DNA of 64,000 bases, taken from positions 147,713,669 to 147,777,668 of the forward strand of contig NC_068981.1 in NCBI RefSeq assembly GCF_001194135.2, written 5' to 3'. Source of the stretch: Octopus bimaculoides. Its lineage: Eukaryota. The notes under the pieces are model-generated. The model searched no databases. It was not told where the DNA came from and saw nothing but the letters and a program-made list of their open reading frames with translations. A program made the translations under genes and the position numbers. Positions 50,047 through 61,450 of this stretch are shown here, one piece after another; the stretch's first letter is position 1, and every line of letters begins with the position of its first letter.

Positions 50047-50676
50047 CTGGAAATAAACAAGTATCACTACTTTTGCTCAAATGGTGATAATATGAAAACA
50101 CGCAGTAGCACACACGCATACATCTATACACAGAGGCTTTCTGTTCAATTTCTCTCTATCAAATATCACTTATAAGGCATTGATCAGCCCAAGGTCATAA
50201 TAAAAGAAGCCACTCATAGAGATGGAACTTGAAACCATATGGCTGTGGAAGTATTTTCACAACTACATAGAAAATTCTTAAATTAAAGACCACCAGAGCT
50301 GAATAAAGACTTTCACTAAGAACTCAGACTGTTAAGTGGATAAAAACTGTTTCATTTAACAAGAATGGTAAATTTGGATAAGTTTGTTCACTATAAGGAG
50401 ATGAGATCACTGATCTTTCAAGTCAAACTAACATAGCTGTGTGCTTAAGAAGTTCTCTTTGAAACCACAGGGTTCCAGGTTTAATTTCACTATGTGTCAA
50501 CCAGGGCAAATGTTTTTGGTGTAATCATGGTATAATTTAGTCAAAGACTAGCAGCTGGACATTTGCAACAAATATGAATATGTTACACTTGTGCTTTGAA
50601 TACTGAAGTCAAAAGTTTTAGTGGAATAAAGTAATTTTATTCCCAGTAATCCAGTAACTGTTTTGCATCACAACAC

Positions 50677-50782
50677 CTGCTATTTTCAGAAATTTGTTTA
50701 ATAAACAAACTCTTAAATCAGAAAGATCAAAAGGTCTGATATCAGGTTTTTTTTGTAATATTTCTGGCATTCCACATTCTGA
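50677..50782 (-). CDS. Candidate exon (SECGMPEILQKKPDIRPFDLSDLR...)
   Basis: aactacag| acceptor; weak CAG|gtgttg donor (alternative |gtttgt); phase 0 to 1. Confidence 0.35.
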
Positions 50783-51294
50783 CTGTAGTTATATTCACTA
50801 TACAACTTATTGGCTGAAATCTCAAATGTCAACACTGACTGGTTTGAAATCTTATATTTTAACTATTGACTATTTTGACAAAATACATTGTTTTATTAGA
50901 TGAAATGAATATTCTGACAACGAAAGATTTCAAGCAATATCATTGCTCTAGTTGTTGTCAAAAGCTATTCACTCAGTGTTTGACAAAAGCAATCTATTAA
51001 CAGACATCAAAAGGAAGGTTGAGCTCTCACAGCATGAGAAAAAAAATGGACATAAAAATAACCATGGTGACAATACCAGCAGACCTAACTAGAAAGACAA
51101 CCAATGAAAACAGTTTTGTTAGCGACAAAGCAAAGAGAGTTGTGAATAGTTTTATTAAAATTCCATTTGTTTCCATGTAATCTAGGTGAGACAAAATTGT
51201 TGGTACTTCATATTCAATAGTTTCAATTAAGATTGAGAAAAAACCAAAACAAAGAAAATATTGCTACAATTAATTAAACCTAATAACAGTTTGT

Positions 51295-51606
51295 GTGGAC
51301 GTGCATGACTTAGTGGTTAGAGCAGTGGACTCGTGGTTGAGGGATCGCGGGTTCAAATCTCAGGCTGGGGACAACGTGTGTGTTTATAAATGAAACACCT
51401 AAGCTTCATGTGGCTCCAGCAGAAGGTAATGGAAAACTGCCTGACTCTTTCACCACAACTTTCTCTCACTCTTTCCTCCTGCATCTAGCAATTCACCTGC
51501 AATGGACTGGCATCCCGTCCAGGTGGGGAAACTATACGCCAATGAAACTGGGAAACCGGCCCTTATGAGCCAGGCATGGCTTGAGAAGGAACAAATAACA
51601 ACAAAG
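51295..51606 (+). mobile_element. SINE family C, copy 1
   Basis: 12-bp TSD ATAACAGTTTGT at 51283-51294 and 51607-51618. Confidence 0.9.
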
Positions 51607-51618
51607 ATAACAGTTTGT

Positions 51619-52165
51619 ATGGAGGTGCATGGTTTCTTCCTTCTTCGCCCTTTTCAAGCCTAGCCAGGCTCATGGGCCCGGTTTCCCAGTTTCTATGGCA
51701 TATGTGTTCCTCCCAGCTGGACGGAACGCCAGTCCATCACAGCGTTATTCAAGAAACAGGAAGAAAGAGTGAGAGAAAGTTGGGGCGAAAGAGTACAACA
51801 GGGGTCGCCACCACCCCCTGCCGGAGCCTCGGGGAGCTTTAGGTGTTTTCGCTCAATAAACACACACAACGCCCGGTCTGGGAATCGAAACCGCAATCCT
51901 CCGACTGCAAGTCCGCTGCCCTAACCACTGGGCCATTGTGCCTCCACGGTGCATGGCTTAGTGGTTAGGATGTTGGACTCATGGTCATAAGATTGTGGTT
52001 TCGATTCCTGGACTGGTCGATGCATTATGTTCCTGAACAAAATACTTCATTTCACATTGCTCCAGTGCACTCAGCTGGTAAAGATAAGTAATCCTGTAAC
52101 AGGCCGGCATCCCATCAAGAGGGGAATGTATACACCAAAGAAACCAAGAAACCAGTCCTATGATT
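51619..52165 (+). mobile_element. SINE family C, copy 2 (head split by copy 3)
   Basis: atggaggtgcatgg ... ggtgcatggcttagtggttagg resumes at 51948. Confidence 0.85.
51633..51947 (-). mobile_element. Young SINE family C, copy 3
   Basis: 9-bp TSD GGTGCATGG at 51624-51632 and 51948-51956; CpG-rich. Confidence 0.92.
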
Positions 52166-52199
52166 CTTACAGAGTAATGTGGACTGACCAATAACAGTC

Positions 52200-52377
52200 T
52201 ATTCTTTTCTTTTACTTGTTTCAGTCATTAGACTGTGGCCATGCTGGAGCACTGCCTTAAAAGGTTTTAGTTGAAGAAATTAACTCCAGGACTTATTCTT
52301 TGTAAGCCTAGTTATGGGGATGTAAACGCACCAACATTGGTTGTCAAGTGATGGTGAGGGATAAACATAAACACAAA

Positions 52378-52411
<34 letters not shown>

Positions 52412-52565
52412 ATGGGCTTCTTTCAGTTTCTGCCTACCAAATCCACTCACAAGGCTTTGGTTGGCTCAAGGCTATGGTAGAAGACACTTGCTCAAGGTGC
52501 CATGCAGTGAGACTGAACCTGGAACCATGTGGTTGGGAAACAAGCTTCTTAACACAGCCATGCCT
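52200..52565 (-). mobile_element. SINE family A
   Basis: Near full-length. Confidence 0.88.
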
Positions 52566-52667
52566 GTTTGTAGACTTTTGTGAGATAAATTTCTTTCAAG
52601 TATTCAATTTGACACTTTTTGTAATTATTGACTCAAGTTACTTTGTTAGGGGTGTCTGATAATTATT

Positions 52668-52830
52668 TCTAATTTTGGCACAAGGCCAGTAATTTTAAGG
52701 TGACTGGTACTTTGTTTTATTGACCCTGAAGGGATGAAAGTCAAAGTCAACCCCAGCAGAATTTGAACTCAGTACATAATGTGTTGTAAGAAATGCTGCC
52801 ACACGTTTTGTCCTTTGTGCTAACAATTCT
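52668..52830 (-). mobile_element. SINE family B
   Basis: ggcacaaggcc..gggatgaaagtcaaagtcaacc..gaatttgaactcag. Confidence 0.75.
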
Positions 52831-53353
52831 GTTGGGTTATTCCAGGTTATAACATCAATTTATTGCTCACTGAAAGGGCAGAGTGTGAAGTTTGCAGACT
52901 TTATTTGTGTACGGCATATCCTACTGCAAAACCTTTTGATTGCTTCTAAGTAGTTATTTGGGTGACATCCTACCTGGTTTAAGATGATCAGGAATACTCA
53001 GCAGCAACATTAACATCACAACAACTACCAACAACAACAATAACAACAACAACAACAATGATGAAGAGCCAGAATATGAGTCTCTGCACGTTTGCTCAAA
53101 CTGTTAGAAATAGAAGTGATTTCTCTTTCAAATCGATTGTTGGATAATGTGGTTCTGGATTCCTTGCGCATTGGGAAAAATTACAGAAATGTCATCACTG
53201 GAATGCCAATGATCACAGGTCTGCTCAATTAAGGCTGACCCAGGGTTGAATAATAGTAACAACAATGCCAATCACCACCCACAACACCCATACTCATACT
53301 CTGGCTCTTCATCATTGTTGTTGTTGGTGGTGGTGGTTGTGGTAATGTTAAAA

Positions 53354-54737
53354 CATGCCCAACCAAAAGACATAACTCCTAACCCAATCCCCTGCACCCT
53401 TTTTCATTTCACCACTTTTTTCACAGTAGCTGCTGACCGGTTGTGTCTCTCTCGGATGTTGAATGAGGACTTATGGTTATTAAAGTGGGTTCTGAAGGGG
53501 CCTTCCATTGCCCCCACATATTTCTGCATGCTTGGTTGTCCATTGGGTCCATTGGTTACTTCTGCCACATAAACAACTGTTTCCGTATTGCAGTGGCCAC
53601 TTAGTAGACAAGTTGTGTTACCTCTACATGAGCATGCTGCCTCAGTCTCGAGTCTGGGCCTACCTACTAAAATCTTTTTTACACTAGGTGCACAGTTAAA
53701 GGATAATCTCAGGATATGTCTATTAAATATTTTGCTGAATCTATTGGTACAGGAGAAGTATCAATCAACTAAACTAAGGAAGATCTTACCTACTCTTGTC
53801 CTAATATTTAAAGAGAATGGTGGTGTGAACCACAGTACTTTCCAGTGGCATTTTCTCTTTGTGGAGCTAGGGTCTGGTATGTAACTAATACTATCCTTGA
53901 AACTGCTGGCAGCCAGAGCCCAGTTTTAGTATGGGGCAGCAGCATCAAAGATCTCTTTACTTGAAGACAAGCTGGATATTCTCCTGCTGACACCTGTAAC
54001 TAGGTTCCTGAACACTATGGCTGGATGGTAGGAATCTGTGTTCCTGTAAGGCAACTTCTCATTTGGTTTCTTAAAGGGCCTATAGGCACCTGATTCCAGG
54101 TCCAGGGTCATGTCAAGAAAATCTACTGTGACCTTCAGTCCGAGGGAGTTCATGGTGATTGTGAGGTCCTTTCTGAGTCTATCTAGTGTGTGGCTGTTAG
54201 TCCCTCTTGATATTGCTACTGCATTGTCCCTGTAGAGGCCAAAGCTAGTTGAAGGGAATTTCTTTTTTAGTATATCTACAATGAAGAAATCGACTAGGTC
54301 ACATATGCCTGCACTGTCAAAAGCACCCATTGCCACGTTGAAGGAGCCCTCTGGCTCAGTGTGTTTGGTCCAAGGAGACCCCTTACTGAAGAGTAGCGTT
54401 CTTCTAATGCATGAGAATGTGTATGAACTCGTCATTCACTTCAGTATGAGCCCTGGCAAAGTTCAGTGCCTTTAACAGAAGCTCCCTTGATATAGATGGG
54501 TATGCTTACACCCCTGGATAAAATAATACATATGATACTGCTACACATACCACACACCCTATATCACACACCCCATCCATGTAGGGACACCACATTAATA
54601 ATACACACTTTCCCCACTTCAAGATAACTCTTGCCAGATTCACAGCATACCCAACCTAGAGACACAACTCCTAACCCAATTCCCTGGACCCTTTTTCATT
54701 TCACCTCCTTTTTCACAACAGCTGCTAACCAGTTGTG
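53354..54737 (-). mobile_element. Penelope-like element (RT plus C-terminal GIY-YIG) with a 92-bp direct pseudo-LTR
   Basis: YPSISRELL.KAL.FA; FNVAMGAFDSAGICDLV..GLYRDN..VDFLDMTLDL..YRPFKKPN; CSCRG..C.L.G.C..VVY.AEV..KYVG..F..HK.SF; repeat 53354-53445 / 54646-54737. Confidence 0.9.
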
Positions 54738-54965
54738 CTAATTCACCTCTGACAATAGAGAGCATATCAGCTATCTCTGATGCACGTAAGGTTATATAAT
54801 CGGATTGTTACCTACCACTCCACTGTATTCTTTATGCAAAACTAATTGATAAGATCAGCTGAGATGGATATTTAATACTATAAAATTCAAATAATATACC
54901 CACGCTACTGACAGATATATGAGTGCATCTTCTCCCTGACTTATGGTCTCTTAGATGACTCATGT

Positions 54966-55011
<46 letters not shown>

Positions 55012-55368
55012 TATACAAGTAACTCAAGTCATTTCAATAATTTAATTAGGGTAAGGCAAGTTTGAAGTGAGTTCAGGCTGTTAACTCTCCTTATTTTATC
55101 TACCTTTTGTCAGGTCTTGTTTTCCTTCCCACAGGGTGCTCAAAAACCACCCTATTCATCAAGCAGGTTTAGTGTTATCAGTAGTACTCAAGAGAAACTT
55201 AATATGTATATTTTCAAATACAAAATAGAAGCAGTGTTAGTGTAATAAATGTTATCAACCACATATACTTAATGTATATATGCTTTGTGTATTTGCCTAT
55301 TGCCAAATCTGGCAAATACATAAAGCATTTATGCTAAGTGTATATGGTTGATAAAATATATATATATA

Positions 55369-55740
55369 TTTTATTCTTTTATTTGTGTCAGTCATTTGAC
55401 TGCAGTCATGCTGGAGCACTGCCTTTAGTCGAACAAATCAACCCCAGGACTTATTCTTTGTAAGTCTAGTACTTATCCTATCAGTCTCTTTTGCCCAACC
55501 GCTAAATCATGGGGACATAAACACACCAACATCAGACACACAAACATATACACACACACACAAATATATATATATATCATGGGCCTCTTTCGGCTTCTGT
55601 CTACCAAATCCACTCACAATGCTTTGGTTGGCCCCAGGCTATAGTAGAAGACACTTTCCCAAGGTGCCATACAGTAGGACTGAACCCAGAACCATGTGGT
55701 TGGTAAGCAAGCTACTTACTACACAGCCATTCCTGTGCCT
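55369..55740 (-). mobile_element. Full-length SINE family A
   Basis: Complete head, microsatellite and tail. Confidence 0.9.
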
Positions 55741-55979
55741 ATTATATATATATATATATATATATATATCCTATGATGGATACCTCTTATGTGTTTAAAT
55801 GTACACTGNNNNNNNNNNTGTGTGCGGTAAGAGGAGACTTAAAGGCCGATTGTTAGATTGATAAGAAGAGGACTGGTTGCAAAACATTGCCTCACAAAAT
55901 CTCATTCAACCTATGCCAGTATGAAAATGTATATATAAAAGCAAAGATGATGATGATCATATATATATGTTGTGTGCAT

Positions 55980-56011
<32 letters not shown>

Positions 56012-56139
56012 AGCCTGATTGGAAAAGTAATTGTCGGGGTTCAGGAACCTGGTGGTGACCCTGCAGACCACAACTAAATTTCTTGGATCCTAGTGGCTCG
56101 TCTTGACATAAACTGGTTTCAAACCAGAGAGGAAGCTTC

Positions 56140-56352
56140 TACAGGGTCATTCAACCTGCTAGAAATAGCACCCAAACCCCTCTGATATCATACCCAACCA
56201 TCTTAATAAAACGAAAGACACATTGGATTATGTAGTCTTAGATACCCTATATCCGAAGGAGAAAAAAATGAAATAGTCACTGCTGGAATGTTTCTAATCA
56301 CAGTCTGCTGGACTAGAGCAGACATCCTGGGGCCAAACAACAGCAACAACTG
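56140..56352 (+). repeat. Repeat family D
   Basis: acctgctagaaatagcacccaaac..ggacacattggattatgtagtc..ctggaatg..cctggggccaaacaacagcaac. Confidence 0.65.
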
Positions 56353-56430
56353 GTTTTCAGGGTTACATTTTTCTCCTTCCTAACTTCTCGGTGTCATCAT
56401 GGCTGAGGTGGCTTTGCCCCACAAACTTAC

Positions 56431-56514
56431 TTTCCTGTGAACAATAATATCACAACTACTTGTTAAACTATTTTGTTTTGAAATAGAAAACAGATGGTAT
56501 ATATTTTTCATCTT
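56431..56514 (-). CDS. Candidate exon (KMKNIYHLFSISKQNSLTSSCDIIVHRK)
   Basis: Strong gtctttatttgcag| and |gtaagt; 84 bp; only the phase-0 frame is open. Confidence 0.55.
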
Positions 56515-56731
56515 CTGCAAATAAAGACGTAACGAAAGCCAGAATATCAAAATGTTTATTATGCACAAATAAAGTTCTAATTAGAGAATCAAGCTATTTT
56601 CATATTGTTTCTTCTTAGTAATGATCACAGACTTATTACTTTATAAATAATCTATCAAGCAGTATTAAACCAGATATCTTCCTAAAAAGAGATAATTTAT
56701 ATCCGTACAAACATTTATCCATCCTTGCACC

Positions 56732-56786
<55 letters not shown>

Positions 56787-57504
56787 CATAGTATATGTGT
56801 GGCATTGTTTTCTGCTTCCTAACAGTTTGCCAAATCTCAGACATAACATAAGATAGATATGAAAATTAAATGCTGAAGGAATTTACAAATGGTTCCAAAA
56901 ATAAATTTTTGGCACTACATAGTATAATAATTTCTCTAAAGACAATTTCTAAAATTATCTTCCAGAACAGCTATGCATTATAAGAGTAGTGAACTTAAGT
57001 TGCAAATTTAGCTTCTTCACTCTCCATCTACTGTCTCGACTACTCTGCAGTTTTAATTGCAAAACCATTCTGAAAAGATAATTGACAAGAGAACAGCAAG
57101 CAGTCTGTTACAATAAAGTTTACAACAGAAATGGCATTTTCAGACGAGTGTCATCTCAGGGGAGATTACTCCACATCATTCCTGGAGCATAAACGTAATA
57201 TTTCACAACTTATACCATGTTGAGTGATTGTCACCACCTGATTAGACTTTTAACACTTTTAAACACAAAAATACATTCTTTTAATTTCTAATTGAAGCAT
57301 TTTTCCCTCTCTTACATTTTCATTTTTGAAATACTATTCTTAATTAAAACTACAAAATATTATCAAAATATGTTCATGAAAAAATAAAATGCTATAAAAT
57401 GTAGAAAAATACATATTTGAGGAAATGTTTTACACACACACACACACGCGTGTGTAGGCATGGTGATGCAAACAGGAAAACAGAACTCAAAATATACGTA
57501 TATT

Positions 57505-57597
57505 TTTATTAATATTTAGCAGAAGTAACAGATTAACTCAAGAGCTGTTGGCAACAAGCCTTGAGTGACTCTGCTGCTTCTGCTAAATATTAATAAA
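57505..57597. other. 93-nt near-complete foldback hairpin
   Basis: Perfect 21-bp outer stem; inner ACTCAAG/CTTGAGT and TGTT/AACA. Confidence 0.8.
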
Positions 57598-57613
57598 TAA
57601 AGGTGTGTGTGTG

Positions 57614-57644
<31 letters not shown>

Positions 57645-57659
57645 TTGTGTGTGTGTGTT

Positions 57660-57690
<31 letters not shown>

Positions 57691-58348
57691 TTCCTTTAGC
57701 GTTTTGAAGAAACTAGTTATTAGTAATTTTCTTTTTCAAATGTATTGTACAGATTCAATTCATCCTTTAGTAGGGTCTTTTTTTCTTTATAAGTGACTCA
57801 GAGTAGGTGAGACGATGCCTTATGATCTTAGGAGGCCCTCTCAGACTGGAAGAGGTATTCCAGTAGGCACATACAAACAAACTAGTTCATCATCATCTTA
57901 ACCATTATCTTTGTCATTATCTTTAGGTCCACTTTTTACATGCTGGTATGGGACTGAATAAGAATTTCTGAGGCAATATTCTTTAACCAGATTCCTTTTC
58001 TGAGATTTAACCTTAACTGTTTTCATATAACGTATTTTATTCCACTATTCTTTGCCCAAGCATCTAGGGGAAATATTGACTATGTGGGACATTAACAAAT
58101 TCCATTGCCGGTAAAGGAGTGTCAATGCAAATGACATGTGGAGACAAACACATAAACACACCAATATATGTACACCCCACCTCAGATGTCCTTATACACA
58201 CACATACATAGTTGTAGACATGACTGTGGGGTTAAGTTCATTTCACATCCATGGAAACTAACAACATAACCTGTATGAGCATGTTGCTTGTTTACAACCA
58301 TCACATAATGTCAAAATAAGGGCACACACATGTATGTATGTATGTATA

Positions 58349-58501
58349 TGTTATGTCTCAAGCTACTGCTATCTAGCACCTTCAGATGATCTCTACTCAA
58401 CTGCTACACGACTACTACTCAACTCCTCTACCACGGCTAGACTACCTCTATTTATATGTCTTGGGCAACCTACTTCTTCACTTGGGGGTGTCGACACAAC
58501 A
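58349..58501 (-). mobile_element. Probable short solo LTR in a TA-rich site
   Basis: Ends TGTTGTGTC / GACATAACA; internal gacacccc and TATAAATAG as in the LTR at 2631. Confidence 0.55.
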
Positions 58502-58509
58502 ATATATAT

Positions 58510-58607
58510 NNNNNNNNNNNNNNNNNNNNNNNNNNNNNNNNNNNNNNNNNNNNNNNNNNNNNNNNNNNNNNNNNNNNNNNNNNNNNNNNNNNNNNNNNNN
58601 NNNNNNN
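58510..58607. other. Assembly gap (a 10-N gap also lies at 55809-55818)
   Basis: N run. Confidence 1.
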
Positions 58608-58874
58608 TATATATATATATATATATATGTTCATATATATATGTAAATATATGTCTCTCTCTCTATATATATATACACACACATGTATGTATACACACAC
58701 ACACACATACGCTCTCAATGGGTTACTGTCTACCAAATCCACTAACAAAGCTTTGGTTGATCCAATACTTCAGTTGAAGACACTTGCCCAAATTGCTCTG
58801 CAGTGGGACTGAACCCAAAGCTTCTTAGTCACACAACCACACTTGTGTCTCTATTAATATTATCACTACACTAG

Positions 58875-59088
58875 TTAAGGCCAAGCTGACAGAACTGTTA
58901 GCATATGAGACAAAATGCTGAATAGCATTTCATGTTTCTATGTTCTGATTTCAAATTCTGCCAAAGTCAACTTTGCCTTTTGTCCTTTCAGGGTCAACAA
59001 AATAAGTATCAGTTGAGCACTGGAGTCTACGTAACCAATTTACTTTCTTTCCCCAAATCGCTGGCCCTGTGCCAAAATTTAAAACCAA
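58875..59088 (+). mobile_element. SINE family B
   Basis: aaggccaagctgacagaa..gtcaactttgcctttt.tcctttcagggtcaa..gccctgtgccaaaattt. Confidence 0.78.
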
Positions 59089-59134
59089 TGTTACTATACC
59101 AGTCATTAATATTAACAAACCAAATTATTTATAA

Positions 59135-59289
59135 GGGCATGGCGTTAGGAAGACCATCCAGTGGTAGAAACTCTGCCAAATCAGATTGGAGCCTGGTGTA
59201 GCCATCTGGTTTCACCAGTCCTCAGTCAAATCGTCCAACCCATACTAGCATGGAAAGCGGACGTTAAACGACGATGATGATGATGATGA
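59135..59289 (+). mobile_element. Young RTE 3' tail
   Basis: Near-identical to 10924-11035. Confidence 0.9.
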
Positions 59290-59304
59290 AAAGGCAATAG
59301 TTAC

Positions 59305-59432
59305 TGGAGTGTGAATGCTATTGACCAGTCGTAGCCAAGTTAAGTCTAAGGATGAGTTTAATGATAATATACAGACTCGGTTGTCAGGTTGTCTATAAGG
59401 TGTTCCAGATGGAGTTGATAGATAATCCACAC
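59305..59432 (-). CDS. Candidate exon (GVDYLSTPSGTPYRQPDNRVCILSLNSSLDLTWLRLVNSIHTP)
   Basis: cctcaag| and CCA|gtaact; open frame phase 1 to 0; retains CpGs. Confidence 0.45.
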
Positions 59433-60214
59433 CTTGAGGTGTTAAGTTATTTAAAGATATGATACTGCTTGTTGTCTCTCATATACCTAGCACTGTATAT
59501 GTATTGGTAGATATGCATATGTCTCTTATTTAAGTTTGTCTGCGCTTAGTAGTTGTCAGTATGTTTAAGATATGTTTATTTCGAGAATGGAAACATTGGT
59601 TTTAATTTCTTACTTTATTAATCACAGTTTAGTTACTAAGAAACAAAGAAATGGAAAAAGAAAAAAGGGTGAGGATTAAGCAGAAGATGGAGGGGAAGGG
59701 AGCAACTGGCCACACAACCTACAACAAATGGCATGCGCAGCCATGCCCCCGTACTTATGACTGCCATGATGTTGCTGTGGAGAATGGCCAGTGACATTCA
59801 CTGCAGCAGCCACTCCACTTTGTGGGGCTCATTTCTCAGATGGGCCACCATTATCCTGATTTTGTAGAGGAAATTGGTAGTGTGGCAGTTTGTTTACTTT
59901 TGTTATTGCTTATTTGTTTACATAAATGGTCATAATTCTATTTCCCACACACAAAAATAACAGATAGAAAAATTTATGTCCAGTTGTTGTTTTGTCCCAG
60001 GTCAGATCTTATTCAACAGACATATGACCAAAGGCATTCCAAACATGGCCACTTATGCTGTCATTTTCTTTCAAACTTGGAACTACATAAATCAATGTGT
60101 CCTTCCATATTCAAGAAAATAAGATGTGGTTAGAAAGGAATATGTTTGCTATTTCTAGCAAGTTAAATGATTATACAGAGGTTTCCTTGTTCATTTGAAT
60201 ATAATATAAACTTC

Positions 60215-60572
60215 TTTCTGGCACTTGTGCCCATGACATGTGTAAGGATTTTCGAGCGAGATCGTTGCCAGTGCCCCTGGACTGGCTCTTGTGCGGGTGG
60301 CACATAAAATACACCATTTCGAGCGTGGCTGTTGCCAGTACCCCCTGACTGGCTTTCGTGCCGGTGGCACGTAAAAGCACCCACTACACTCTCTGAGTGG
60401 TTGGCATTAAGAAGGGCATCCAGCTGTAGGAAGGGCATCCAGCTGTAGAAACTCTGCCAAATCAGATTGGAGCCTGGTGTAGCCATCTGGTTTCACCAGT
60501 CCTCAGTCAAATCGTCTAACCCATGCTAGCATGGAAAGCGGACGTTAAACGATGATGATGATGATGATGATA
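60215..60572 (+). mobile_element. Young RTE 3' UTR with VNTR and a 19-bp tandem slip
   Basis: gtgccggtggcac units; aagggcatccagctgtag occurs twice. Confidence 0.9.
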
Positions 60573-60770
60573 ATACAATGTTGGAGGTGGTGGGATAGTC
60601 AATTAAATCCTTCCCAGTATTGGTTGATATTTTATTTTATTCAATCTCCAGAAAGGGATCAATAAAATGAAATCAAAGCAAAGTTGAGATCCATGGAATT
60701 TGAACTCAACATAACTAAATGCCATAATGTTTTAATAATCTGCTAATCTACTAATATTGGTCTGTATTTT

Positions 60771-60984
60771 AAGGTGGCAAGCTGGCAGAATCTTTAGCAT
60801 ACCAGACAAAATGCTTAGCAGCATTTCATCTGTCTTTATGTTCTTAGTTCAAATTATGCCAGAGATGACTCTACCTTTCAACCTTTTGGGGTGGATAAAA
60901 TAAGTACTTGTTGAGCACTAGGGTCAATGTAATTGACTTAAACCATCCCCCAAAATTGCTGGCCTTATGCTACAATTTGAAACC
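60771..60984 (+). mobile_element. SINE family B with 18-bp TSD
   Basis: AATATTGGTCTGTATTTT at 60753-60770 and 60985-61002; an older minus copy lies at 60580-60750. Confidence 0.9.
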
Positions 60985-61120
60985 AATATTGGTCTGTATT
61001 TTGATGGAGAAAAGATATTAAATTGATTTGTCTAAGTTTCACAATTTATTCTGATCAATGTTGATGCAAAAGTAAAGATTTAACAAAGTTTTATCTTATG
61101 AAATTCCTCATCATATATTT

Positions 61121-61343
61121 CTTATCTCTTTACTGCCCACAAGGGGCTACACAGAGAGGGGACAAACAAGGACAGACAAAGGGATTAAATCGATTATATC
61201 GACTCCAGTGTGTAACTGGTACTTATTTAATCGACCCCAAAAGGATGAAAGGCAAAGTCGACCTCGGCGGTATTTGAACTCAGAACGTAAAGACAGACGA
61301 AATACTGATAACTGATAAGCATTTCGCCCGGCGTGCTAACGAT
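61121..61343 (-). mobile_element. Young SINE family B with alternative tail 2
   Basis: Same head and core; tail ...aatccctttgtctgtccttgtttgtcccctct..gtgggcagtaaagagataag. Confidence 0.9.
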
Positions 61344-61450
61344 TCTGCCAGCTCGCCGCCTTATTGCCATCATCATATGTTTCTAAGTAAATGAAATACT
61401 GTTGAAGGAAAAAGATTACCTTTAACAGGCTGATCCTTATGATACTAGAC

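Noticed and set aside
51860-51947. tRNA genes at SINE heads (also 14490-14568 and 27650-27732)
   Set aside because: A/B-box-like motifs run into SINE cores with TSDs; no complete acceptor stem was seen.
61419-61443. 25-bp micro-exon YHKDQPVK next to the hAT MITE
   Set aside because: Good donor and matching phase, but too short, and the acceptor overlaps the MITE target site.
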